Under the pieces are notes generated by a model, which was not told where the DNA came from, made no database searches, and was given only the letters and a program-made list of their open reading frames with translations. Source: Eledone cirrhosa (taxonomy: Eukaryota). From it: a DNA stretch of 64,000 bases. Of the stretch, positions 1 through 12,362 are shown in pieces. Location of the stretch: contig OZ024746.1 of NCBI GenBank assembly GCA_964016885.1, positions 8,556,001 to 8,620,000 of the forward strand, given 5' to 3'. Every line of letters starts with the position of its first letter. The stretch's first letter is position 1. The position numbers and the translations under genes are program-made.

Positions 1-130
1 TTTCCTCTCACATTCTTTCTATTTTTCGCATTCTTTATTCACCCTCCCTATGATGTGTATCTCTCTTTCTCTCTCTCCTGTCTCTTTACACACACACATA
101 AGCATATATATATATACACACACACACACG

Positions 131-163
<33 letters not shown>

Positions 164-252
164 TTACATACATACACATAAACTCTCAAAAGCGTGAACC
201 TAATAAAATACCATTTGTACTGCCTCTCTGTTTTTTGTTCTTGTCTAATATT

Positions 253-300
<48 letters not shown>

Positions 301-1208
301 CGCACGTACACACGTACACACACATACACACATACACATACACATACACACACATATATATATATTGCTTGGTGTGTGAAGATTGGATTCCCACATATGC
401 CGTAGTTGTCTGTTGAGTGACTGTGTAATTCTTACTGTTGTGTGTGAGTGAAGGAGTTATTTTCATTTTGCTACTAATGTTATTTACTGACGATATATAA
501 ACGTGTGTTTATTATTCACAGTTGTATAAATAACATTACAAATATTCACTCAGCTGGCTTTAAAACCATTGATATATACCGAAGACGCTACTTTTTTCCT
601 AAAACAAGTCTCAAAAATTTACTATGCGTCCTGGAGGTCGAAGGGTGTTTATTATTTTTTTTCAAATTTTTGGTTGTCAAAATCAGGGTGCCCTCCTCGA
701 AGACGAAGCGTCTTCGGCGCCGGGAAATATGGTACCTAAATATGAAAAACAAATATAAAAGCAAAATTAAGTAGAGGAAAGGACTATAAAAGCCAAAAAT
801 GAAAGGAAAAGGAAGGGAAAAACAAAGACTCTAACGCGACAGAAGAAGGGGGAAGGGGAGAGGGTGATAGGTTCTGATCCTAGGATGGGGTGGTGTTGGG
901 CGCTGCACAACAAAAGCAGACAATGGCCAGCGACACCCGCTGCAACAGCCACCCCCACCCCGCAGGAATTCTTCCTCAGACGGGCCGCTGACGTTCCGAC
1001 CTTGCGGAGGAGTTCGGCAGTACGGGGCCTGAGAAATAGAAGCTTCACCGTAACATTGACTAAATAATAGTCTAATAATGGGGCATATAAACAGACACAA
1101 TGGAAAAAAGATGGATATCAGTTTCCTTCTATAATAGTATTTATGTTGTATATATTCACCTGTAAAGCTATGTGAATGTGTGATGTGAGTTACTAACAAT
1201 GATTTCTT

Positions 1209-1360
1209 ATATAGGCACAAGGCCAACAATTTTTGGGAAGGGGGAAGTCGATTAAATCGACACCAGTGTGTAACTGGTACTTTATTTTATCGACCCCGTA
1301 ATGATGAAAGGCAAAGTTAACCTCGGCGGGATTTGAACTCAGATCATAAAGGGCCGTAAC
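1209..1360 (-). mobile_element. tRNA-derived SINE (OK/Meta-like family), partial
   Basis: Reverse complement carries the B-box gagttcaaatccc and the body cctttcatc..ggggtcgataaaataaagtaccagt, shared with more than 10 copies in the window. Confidence 0.8.
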
Positions 1361-1610
1361 TCCTAATTATCGTATATCTAGACTTCGACGTAGAGAGAAA
1401 AGTACTTCAAAGATGTAAGCTATACAGAAATGGTATAAACCACAATTGAAAATACCGTCTTAGTACTATAGTCTTAGAGACAAAGCTCCAACACCGCCCC
1501 GCCATAGATCCACAGCCCATCACCCCCCCATCTGTAGCACTAGATCCCTTGCTTTCCCCCTCCCTTTTCCGTTTGTAAATACTTGTAGTGTTTTTCTAAT
1601 GATATATATA

Positions 1611-1689
<79 letters not shown>

Positions 1690-1695
<6 letters not shown>

Positions 1696-1779
1696 GAGAA
1701 GAAAGAATACTGCGTGGTTACACATGGGTTACATATGATAAAAATAGTCCTTCGTCAGTGATTTTCCAACCTTCATTGG

Positions 1780-1781
<2 letters not shown>
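1690..1781. mobile_element. Single arm of a (TA)n-flanked inverted-repeat element
   Basis: Near-identical to the arms at 59989-60100 and 60658-60772; TA runs on both sides. Confidence 0.75.
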
Positions 1782-1810
<29 letters not shown>

Positions 1811-1828
1811 CCATATATATATATATAT

Positions 1829-2484
1829 CCTCCGATCATGGTTGGTCAGTGTAACATTGAATATGTAAACCACTTCCAATACCTTAGCAGCAACATCTCT
1901 GACGATGGGGATGCTGAGGTGGATGTGCGCACAAGGCTGGGAAAAGCAGCAGCGGTCTTCCAGCGACTCCGTCCGGTATGGTCCAGGTGTTCCATCGGCA
2001 ACGCCGTCAAACTCCGTGTTTACATGTCCATTGTAGTACCAACAGCGATATATACCTGTGAGACATGGAAGAGTACGGAAAGTGTATGTAACAAGCTTGA
2101 TGTATTCCACCGTCGTTGCATTCGGACCAGATTGAACATTTCATGGAGACCAAGTTAGCAACGAGGAAGTGATGAGGAGGTCAGGATTGGAGAAGTTAAG
2201 GGACATTGTCCGGAAAAGGAGACGGCGGTTCGCGGGCCACTTCCTTTGTTTGCCGGCAGATCGACCTGCTCTTATTGCCATGGATTGGGTACCAGAAGGT
2301 GGCAGGAGAGAACGGGGAAGACCACGAAAAACATGGCGGAGCACATTCAGGGAGGACCTGTGGGAGATGGGAATTAACTGGAGAGGTACTAGAAGGGCCG
2401 CCAGTGACAGGATCAAGTGGAAGAAGCCCGTCGCCCAATGTTCCACAGGGGACTGGAGGAACTAAGACTGGAGGAACTAAGACT
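1829..2484 (+). mobile_element. RTE-clade LINE, 5'-truncated 3' fragment (RT C-terminus, frameshifted near 2150)
   Basis: ORFs 1838-2158 and 2169-2465 give VNHFQYLSS..DVRTRLGKA..KLRVYMSIVVPTAIYTCETW and FAGHFL..GRRERGRPRKTW, typical RTE motifs. Tandem 3' tail (gactggaggaactaa)x2, flanked by (TA)n. Confidence 0.88.
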
Positions 2485-2527
2485 ATATATATAAATGTAA
2501 GTATGCATACATAAAATTATAATTTTA

Positions 2528-2602
<75 letters not shown>

Positions 2603-2643
2603 ATATATACAGTATATCAGGAGGTTGTTAAAACAGGATATGC

Positions 2644-2681
<38 letters not shown>

Positions 2682-3204
2682 GCACATTATACACGTGCAC
2701 TTACGCATATACACAAACACACACACATACATACACATATGTATATACACATATATACACATGCAGCGAAAGGGAGAGAGAAATCCAACTGGTTGATTGC
2801 CAAACATTTCCAACGGATCTTTCAGCCAAAACACCCACTGATCATTCCCCAATAATCAATCAATTTAGGGACAAGATTACCCATGATACAATGAATGTTG
2901 TCTGCCAAATTTTCCGATTTTATTTTATTTTACTTATTTCTTTTATTTGTTGTTTCCTTTTGTTTTGTTTTGTTTTGTTTTTCTGGCCTCGCGCCGAATT
3001 TAAGAGTAGTTCCATATCACTAGTGGCTAAGTGTAACTCGAGGTGTAGGATCTCTTTGTAGGAGACAATAGGGGCGATAGTAGAAAGGTGAGGGCAAAAC
3101 TTTGAAAAGACATCAACTGTTTTAATTAAAAGCAACACTTCTTTCCAATCAAAATACGTCATATCTTGATACCTTGTTGTGTTTGTTTGCATATTTTCCT
3201 CTCA

Positions 3205-3223
3205 CTCTTTCTTTCTTTCTGCC

Positions 3224-3298
<75 letters not shown>

Positions 3299-3399
3299 TC
3301 AGTCATGCATTCTTTCTCTCTTTCATTTTTCTTTTTTTGTTTCTTTCTTTTTTTCTCTCATTCAGTCATGCTTTCTTTGTTTCTTTCTTTCTGTCCTTC

Positions 3400-3446
<47 letters not shown>

Positions 3447-3547
3447 TCAGTCATGCATTCTTTCTCTCTTTCATTTTTCTTTTTTTGTTTCTTTCTTTTT
3501 TTCTCTCATTCAGTCATGCTTTCTTTGTTTCTTTCTTTCTGTCCTTC

Positions 3548-3605
<58 letters not shown>

Positions 3606-3720
3606 CTCTTACAGTCATGCATTCTTTCTCTCTTTCTTTTTTCCTTTTTTGTTTCTTTCTTTTTTTCTCTCATTCAGTCATGCTTTCGTTCTTTCTTTCT
3701 TTCTTTCTTTCTTTCTTTCG
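3205..3720. repeat. (CTTT)n microsatellite with a ~150-bp higher-order repeat x3
   Basis: Block cagtcatgcattctttctctc...cattcagtcatgcttt recurs at about 3300, 3448 and 3611. Confidence 0.85.
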
Positions 3721-3898
3721 CCTTCATTACAATTTAGACACACACACAACTACACACATACACTGACAAGCACACCACTATATGTGACTACACGTACACA
3801 AATGTATATAACCATTAATAATTTAAACCATTCTAATTGTAATTTTAAATATTGATAAATGGTAAAGTAAACAATGGAATAGGAATTTAGATTGTGTG

Positions 3899-3900
<2 letters not shown>

Positions 3901-3945
<45 letters not shown>

Positions 3946-4598
3946 TCTCTCTCTCACTCTCACTCTCACACTCTCTCTCACTCTCCCTCTCACACACTCT
4001 CTCTCTCACTTTATCTCTCTCTTTCTCTCTCACACACGCACACACACACCCTCTCTCTCTTTCTCTCTCACACACGCACACACACACACCCTCTCTCTCA
4101 TTCTCTCTCTCACTCTATCTCTCTCACACTCTCTCTCACACTCTCTCACTCTCTCTCTCTCACACACACACACTCTCACACACACACACATACACACTCT
4201 CTCTCACACACACACACATACACACTCTCTCTCACACACACTCTCTCTCACACACACTCTCACACACACACACTCTCTCCCTCTGTTATTTGAAATGTTT
4301 CCAGCATGTAATTATTAACTGTACTTATAAACATATATACACATTTACATACATACGTACATACATACATACATACATACATACGCACGTACATACATAC
4401 ATACGTACGTACACACACACATACATACATACGTACGTACGTACGTACATACATACATACATACATACGCACGTACATACATACATACATACATACGTAC
4501 GTACACACACACATACATACATACGTATGTACGTACATGCATACATTCATATATACATACATACATACGTACGTACATACATACATACATATATACAT
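3901..4598. repeat. Compound (CT)n/(CA)n/(TACA)n microsatellite
   Basis: Directly visible. Confidence 0.9.
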
Positions 4599-4876
4599 AA
4601 TGATGGCTGCCCTCTCGTTATCGAGTATGGCCATTGCATATTGGTTTCCAGGAGGAGACAAAGAGGTCCCTCCTCCCCACAACTACAATACTACCATTTA
4701 ATTTTTATACCGAATACATAAAATTGAAAAACAGAAAGAATTTTCTCTATTCCTGTGTATGCAATTCACCGTAAAGTAAAAATACGGATTATAGAATATA
4801 TGAAAAATTATTTTCTGCAATAAAAAACATCTTGTGAAATATACACTTCCACAAAATGATCTTCGATTTTCAAACT

Positions 4877-5221
<345 letters not shown>

Positions 5222-5224
5222 TAT

Positions 5225-5462
5225 GTAAAAGGTAAACAGAAATAACAACACAATCGGTACAGTATATGGAAGGGATATATTAGGTTAATGCTTGATATAG
5301 CAGGAAGAGGGTCTTAACGTTTCGGACGCTAGTCCTTCATCAGAAGAAAGAATGAGAAATAAGATACATTGAGGGGACGGGCCGGCTGGAATTGGAATAT
5401 ATGTTAGGTAATTCTGAAGGAAGAGCAAAGGAATAAAGAGTGCTCTATGTATAGAACAGAGC
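5225..5462 (-). mobile_element. Penelope-like pseudo-LTR remnant with hammerhead (family A)
   Basis: Homologous copies at 9489-9780, 21985-22310 and (truncated) 62775-62812. Microsatellite-flanked, with an HHR motif inside. Confidence 0.75.
5312..5347 (-). ncRNA. Minimal type-I hammerhead ribozyme motif
   Basis: Minus strand: tctt-CTGATGA-a-ggac(tagc)gtcc-GAAA-cg-TT-aaga. Stem I tctt/aaga; palindromic stem III region AACGTT. Confidence 0.75.
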
Positions 5463-5472
5463 TATTTAATTA

Positions 5473-5504
<32 letters not shown>

Positions 5505-5543
5505 CATACTTGATAATGATGATGACTGCTATAGCCAATGGAA

Positions 5544-7447
5544 GCTATAGCCACAGTTAGACCTTCCGAGGTAAGCTGGGTTCTGTGACCAGCAAAGCCA
5601 ATGGATGCTATAGCCACAGCTAGACCTTCCGAGGTAAGCTGGGTTCTGTGACCAGCAAAGCCAATGGATGCTATAGCCACAGCTAGACCTTCCGAGGTAA
5701 GCTGGGTTCTGTGACCAGCAAAGCCAATGGATGCTATAGCCACAGCTAGACCTTCCGAGGTAAGCTGGGTTCTGTGACCAGCAAAGCCAATGGATGCTAT
5801 AGCCACAGCTAGACCTTCCGAGGTAAGCTGGGTTCTGTGACCAGCAAAGCCAATGGATGCTATAGCCACAGCTAGACCTTCCGAGGTAAGCTGGGTTCTG
5901 TGACCAGCAAAGCCAATGGATGCTATAGCCACAGTTAGACCTTCCGAGGTAAGCTGGGTTCTGTGACCAGCAAAGCCAATGGATGCTATAGCCACAGCTA
6001 GACCTTCCGAGGTAAGCTGGGTTCTGTGACCAGCAAAGCCAATGGATGCTATAGCCACAGCTAGACCTTCCGAGGTAAGCTGGGTTCTGTGACCAGCAAA
6101 GCCAATGGATGCTATAGCCACAGTTAGACCTTCCGAGGTAAGCTGGGTTCTGTGACCAGCAAAGCCAATGGATGCTATAGCCACAGCTAGACCTTCCGAG
6201 GTAAGCTGGGTTCTGTGACCAGCAAAGCCAATGGATGCTATAGCCACAGCTAGACCTTCCGAGGTAAGCTGGGTTCTGTGACCAGCAAAGCCAATGGATG
6301 CTATAGCCACAGTTAGACCTTCCGAGGTAAGCTGGGTTCTGTGACCAGCAAAGCCAATGGATGCTATAGCCACAGCTAGACCTTCCGAGGTAAGCTGGGT
6401 TCTGTGACCAGCAAAGCCAATGGATGCTATAGCCACAGTTAGACCTTCCGAGGTAAGCTGGGTTCTGTGACCAGCAAAGCCAATGGATGCTATAGCCACA
6501 GTTAGACCTTCCGAGGTAAGCTGGGTTCTGTGACCAGCAAAGCCAATGGATGCTATAGCCACAGCTAGACCTTCCGAGGTAAGCTGGGTTCTGTGACCAG
6601 CAAAGCCAATGGATGCTATAGCCACAGTTAGACCTTCCGAGGTAAGCTGGGTTCTGTGACCAGCAAAGCCAATGGATGCTATAGCCACAGCTAGACCTTC
6701 CGAGGTAAGCTGGGTTCTGTGACCAGCAAAGCCAATGGATGCTATAGCCACAGTTAGACCTTCCGAGGTAAGCGGGGTTCTGTGACCAGCAAAGCCAATG
6801 GATGCTATAGCCACAGCTAGACCTTCCGAGGTAAGCTGGGTTCTGTGACCAGCAAAGCCAATGGATGCTATAGCCACAGTTAGACCTTCCGAGGTAAGCT
6901 GGGTTCTGTGACCAGCAAAGCCAATGGATGCTATAGCCACAGCTAGACCTTCCGAGGTAAGCTGGGTTCTGTGACCAGCAAAGCCAATGGATGCTATAGC
7001 CACAGCTAGACCTTCCGAGGTAAGCTGGGTTCTGTGACCAGCAAAGCCAATAGATGCTATAGCCACAGCTAGACCTTCCGAGGTAAGCGGGGTTCTGTGA
7101 CCAGCAAAGCCAATGGATGCTATAGCCACAGCTAGACCTTCCGAGGTAAGCGGGGTTCTGTGACCAGCAAAGCCAATGGATGCTATAGCCACAGCTAGAC
7201 CTTCCGAGGTAAGCGGGGTTCTGTGACCAGCAAAGCCAATAGATGCTATAGCCACAGCTAGACCTTCCGAGGTAAGCGGGGTTCTGTGACCAGCAAAGCC
7301 AATGGATGCTATAGCCACAGCTAGACCTTCCGAGATAAACTGGGTTCTGTGACCAGCAAAGCCAATGGATGCTATAGCCACAGCTAGACCTTCCGAGATA
7401 AACTGGGTTCTGTGACCAGCAAAGCCAATAGATGCTATAGCCACAGC
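5544..7447. repeat. 63-bp tandem repeat, 30 full units
   Basis: Unit gctatagccacagctagaccttccgaggtaagctgggttctgtgaccagcaaagccaatggat; unit starts at 5544 and 7434 differ by 30x63. Confidence 0.97.
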
Positions 7448-7763
7448 GGACTTCGGCAAAAGAAGAAGCAAAATTCTTCTTCTTCCGGCCGCGTGGAGAT
7501 TGAACTCTGAACAGTCTTTACCATTTAATGTTAGTAGTTATACAATTATATAAACAGTGATTGTACCACTCAACCATCATGTGTATATATACTGACACCA
7601 TCAGAAACACACACATGCACACATATACACACATATACACACAGGCACACATGCACATGTAAACATAAGGTGTTGTGCTTACTGTGTGTCTGTAAGCATG
7701 TCTGTCTGTCTGTGTATATGTGTGTAGTGAAACATAAATAAGATTCCGCCTAGGGAACAGATA

Positions 7764-8075
7764 CAGTGTTGACCGCTCTATGAACTTTCAAAGTGGCGTG
7801 TATTTGGACGGTTGCTTATTGTGAAAGGGACAGCAAATTGGCAGATGATACGTGTGTGCAGACATATGCAGTAAACAAGGGTTTGGGGGTGGGGGGTGGG
7901 TGGAGGTTGCACCTTATATTTTTATTAGGAGGCTCTATAAAATAACGATTGAGTCTTCAAGTCGGCCTTCAATCTGCTAGAAATAAAAGCCGAGGTTAGA
8001 TCAAATCACAAACGACTGTTGTTCTGAAAAGAAGGAAAAGATCTCTCTTAACGTTTAAGGTGTGTCTTAATGTTG
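7764..8075. repeat. Unclassified dispersed repeat (also 15258-15390 and 17669-17955)
   Basis: Shared gttgaccgctctatgaactttcaaag...gacagcaaattggca motif in three diverged copies. Confidence 0.7.
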
Positions 8076-8117
8076 GGCATTTGAAACATGACGGAGAAAG
8101 AGAGAGAGGGGGGGGGG

Positions 8118-8168
<51 letters not shown>

Positions 8169-8602
8169 AGGATTGAATTTGGAGCAGATTCTGTAAGTAT
8201 TTTAATTTTGAAAATGTTGATTTGTCTGACAGAAGCGATGACACCCGGTTTTCAAGTTGATAAGCGATTCCTGCATTTCTTTTGTCGTTCAATGATAAGT
8301 AATAATCCACTTGTTCTACCACTGAGGACTTTGGTTATATTCTATCGAGGCATTTCCCCCTAGATCTGGTCCTCTCCATTTGACCAGATCCGTTGAAACA
8401 GCTTGTTTCTGAGGATGAACGGCAGAATGGACGTATTTTGTGGAGGCTAATACTATGGAGTTGTAGGACTACTAACAATTAGTCAACATATCGATGAAAA
8501 CTTTGTTTATTTTGCCTTCTGAAGCGATCGTAAAATAATGGAATTATTAACTACTAAACCTTCCATTGTTCAACCTTATACATACATACACACACATATA
8601 TA

Positions 8603-8662
<60 letters not shown>

Positions 8663-9249
8663 TATAGTATATATATATATGTGTGTATGTGTGTATAAGG
8701 TTGAACAATGAAAATAAATAAGGCAAAGTTCACACACACACACATATATGAATGTATGTGTGCTTGTGTATGTGTGCGTGTGTGTGTGTGTGTGTGTTTG
8801 CGTGTGTGTATGTGTCTAGACTGAAATCGTAGTGATAACCGCTAGGCTGCCGCTAAAGGAAGTGCCCGTGTGTAGACTGTATGTAAAATATGTAGAAATA
8901 GCAAAGCAATGATTCGTGATCTCGGAAGAGAAGCAGAAATTCCCTCCTTATTGATATGGCAGGAATATGTGAGAGAAAGACCAATGCTGAGAATAAAGAA
9001 CAAATACACAGCGTGTAGTAATCCAAACTAGTTACAGCATCGTTGGAGAGATTGCAACTCCACCCTGTTTGGTTTGGTGGTTACATGACTAACAGAGATA
9101 ACAAAGAAGCTTGCAATATTATGGACCTACAGAACCCGGAAATTCCCTGCTAGCATCACATGTGTTGCTATATATAATGCCAAAATCGCTGCAATGTCTA
9201 GTCGAAAGCTGAGGAAGAGAATGTCCCGGTGTGTAGTTTGTATGTTAAA

Positions 9250-9309
<60 letters not shown>

Positions 9310-9327
9310 AGTAATATATATATATAC

Positions 9328-9358
<31 letters not shown>

Positions 9359-9378
9359 TATATACATACATGCATACT

Positions 9379-9409
<31 letters not shown>

Positions 9410-9423
9410 CACACACACACACG

Positions 9424-9488
<65 letters not shown>

Positions 9489-9491
<3 letters not shown>

Positions 9492-9780
9492 AAAGGTAAA
9501 CAGAAATAACAACACAATCGGTACAGTATATGGAAGGTATATATTAGGTTAATGTTCGATATAGCAGGAAGAGGATCTTAACGTTTCGGATGCTAGTCCT
9601 TCATCAGAAGAAAGAATGAGAAATAAGATAGATTGAGGGGACGGTCGGGTTGGAATTGGAAACAATGTCTTTAGATAAAAACAACAGGTCCATTCATGTT
9701 GACATCTCTTGCAAAACTGTTGGTGCTGGTCTTTTGTGTATGATTTATTTTTTAGAAGTATATAAAGTATATATACGAGA
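9489..9780 (-). mobile_element. Penelope-like pseudo-LTR remnant, family A (HHR at 9576-9611)
   Basis: Homologous to 5225-5462; HHR core intact with one stem II mismatch. Confidence 0.72.
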
Positions 9781-10233
9781 ACGAATGCGTATCCCTCTGG
9801 TTGGGGTGTGATGTATTTATCACATGATTGAGGAAAGACCATTCTTCATACAAATGTTTGTATCCTCTAGCTTCGGAACTATGTATCCACACATAACTTC
9901 TTATAAGATGGATATTTCTCCCTCATGACTTTCTTTAAATACGCCAGTGAAGTTACCCTGAGAGTAACTATTCAGGAATTCTTCACATACATACAAGTTT
10001 TTATTAGTTTTACTGTACTCATTTCTCTTTTTGCATTTAGGCAGGCGTTGTTTCAATCATACGACGTGACATACGAAGACTTTTTAGTCTAACTCCCCCC
10101 ATCCTTCTGTTTAATACAAATTCTGTTAATGTCACTGTTGAGGTGGAATTTACCGGAAGTCGTTAGTATCTTTCTAATTTTTTTTTTTGAAGTATTAAAT
10201 AGGTTTATTTACAATAGTTTATAACTTTGCCTA

Positions 10234-10495
10234 TTAATCCGTATGGTGAGCAAATGGGGTCCCACGTGTTGGCCTCCCCACATCCCTGGCGGACAGGATG
10301 GAGAAGGCGTTTCTCCGGAGGATGGTAAGGAAGATACGATGGAAGAACCATTCCAACTCGCGAGGCTCACACCTGCGGGTGGCCAGCTCAGCGCTTATGG
10401 TGGTGAATAGGGAGGTAGCCCTAGGGCCAAGGACACGAGAAGTCTCCACTGCCAAGGGCATGACCGCGAACCTGTCGGAGAGTGACCGGTACTAT
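10234..10495 (-). mobile_element. CRE-like non-LTR retrotransposon, extreme 3' fragment
   Basis: YRSLSDRFAVMPLAVETSRVLG..EPRELEWFFHRIFLTILRRNAFSIL matches the end of the element at 63270-63910. Confidence 0.78.
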
Positions 10496-11636
10496 TGTTT
10501 GTTCAAGATCCATATTTCTTTTAATATCCAGTCTAGTATTGATACTAGCACTAGTACTAAAACATATTATGAGATATGTTCTTATTAAACATGAAAGCTC
10601 TGCTTTCTTTACATTATCGGTTCTACTGAATTCTTCCTTTGTCACACTAACTTTACTTACATCACCAGAGTAATAGTCCAGAGTATTTCTGAGATGTAAC
10701 ATTTACAACCTTTATAATATTGCATTGCACGCTGCAATTAATAGTTTGTGGGGATAAGCCTATGCTTTTGTAGTTTCTTACGATAACAAATCTTTTGATT
10801 ATACTACTTGTGGTTCATGATTAAGAACAATTAGTTTACCCGTGAGTATTTTTCGTCGGCAGTTCCCATATATTTTGGACAGTCAATCTATTATAAAGTT
10901 CTAGCTGGTTGTTTGTGAATTCATTATTTACTTACTTCTAATGATAGTATCCAATTGTCCGATTTCTTTTTTTTTCCTCATATACTGTCGATGTTTCTTG
11001 GAGAGAGGTAATTCATTTTGATTGTATGTTTGTATTTCGATCAATATCTATTACTCTCATATGTTGGTGAATGGTAATTGAAACAAAACAGTAAGACAGC
11101 CAATGACCCAAACCCTGGAGCGTTAATTTCTAATATGTGTTCTTTAGTTACTTTATCGATCAATAATAAAACCAAGTCACTAGTTTTTCTATCAACTAAT
11201 ATTATAATCGTTCTTTAATTTATTGACTTGTTGATATAAATACTGACCATGACCCTAAATCTTGCCGTGGGCTGTATTTTAAGCTGTTTGTATTCTTCAC
11301 TCAATTCTATTTGTTCGTAATTCTATCCGTGTTATTGCTATCGTTTATGTTTTGGTTATGGCTCAAGTTTTAGGACATTTCTCCTCTTGATAATGTTATT
11401 TGTTGAGCATGTTTGATTTTACGTAGGTTAAACAGAATATTTCTTCCCATGCGCTGATTAACACTGAAATATGAGGAGTTAAGATATTTTACATCTCAGT
11501 AACTCCCCATCCTCTTCGTATGATTGATTAAGTGGTTTCCCCCATTCTCTAGATTATTTTCTAGAATCATCTTTTGAACTAATTCAAACCTCCACTAGAA
11601 GTTCTTTATATTTCGGCACCTTTCGGTAGGTGATCA

Positions 11637-11975
11637 TACAAGGGTTGGCTAAAATGTTCATATGCTGACTAAGGAGGAGTGATGCTAGAGCTGTGAAATA
11701 TTGCATGCATTAATTTCAACTCTTCTTATCATTAACTACATTGTTTCTTTCAAGTGACTATGTTGAAAAATAAATCTCATTTGGTCATTCCATTCTAGGT
11801 CAACCTATGAAATAGTGATGCTAGAGCTGTGAAATCTTGTATGCATTAATTTAAACTCTTCTTATCATTAACTGCATTGTTTCTTTCAAGTGACTATGTT
11901 GAAAAATATACATCATTTGCTCATTCAATGAGAGTATCTTGGTTAGCCTATGAAACTTTCAGCCGACCCTCGTTA
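11637..11975. mobile_element. Tc1/mariner-type MITE with an internal 136-bp tandem duplication
   Basis: Imperfect TIRs tacaagggttggctaaaatgttcatatgctgactaag / cttggttagcctatgaaactttcagccgaccctcgtta with TA ends. agtgatgctagagctgtgaaat occurs at 11678 and 11814. Confidence 0.75.
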
Positions 11976-12148
11976 GTTTCCCAGCATTCCATGCTGTATT
12001 TAGTAACAATAAATGTGTTATTTACCAATTTAATTCTACTTCTTGATGACTGACACCATCTTATTTATCGAAAGAAGTTCACAGTATTTCTTTTATCAGG
12101 CGCGTATTATTGGTAAGAATGTTATGCCGATGTGATTGACTTCGACAC

Positions 12149-12180
<32 letters not shown>

Positions 12181-12209
12181 TGTATGTATGTATGTATGTA
12201 TGTATGTAT

Positions 12210-12264
<55 letters not shown>

Positions 12265-12362
12265 TTATTTTATTTTATTTTATTTTATTTTATTTTTTTC
12301 TTCTCGTGCAATGGCCATACTCGATAACGAGGGGACAGCCATCATGTATGTATGTGTGTATG

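Noticed and set aside
560-1050. GC-rich segment with small hairpin cgaagacg-aag-cgtcttcg
   Set aside because: Probably a repeat 3' end, but no motif or second copy in the window allows classification.
5544-7447. CRISPR array
   Set aside because: Contiguous near-identical units without unique spacers, no cas genes, eukaryotic context. The same applies to 23031-23390 and 53706-54542.
5462-7471. 669-aa repetitive ORF as a real protein
   Set aside because: It is the 63-bp repeat read in a stop-free frame, has a non-ATG start and ends in microsatellite; nothing supports translation.
10600-11630. Degenerate RLE-type LINE on the minus strand
   Set aside because: Only a faint KTSDLVLLLIDK..ILEINAP resemblance amid many stops; not supportable without a profile search.
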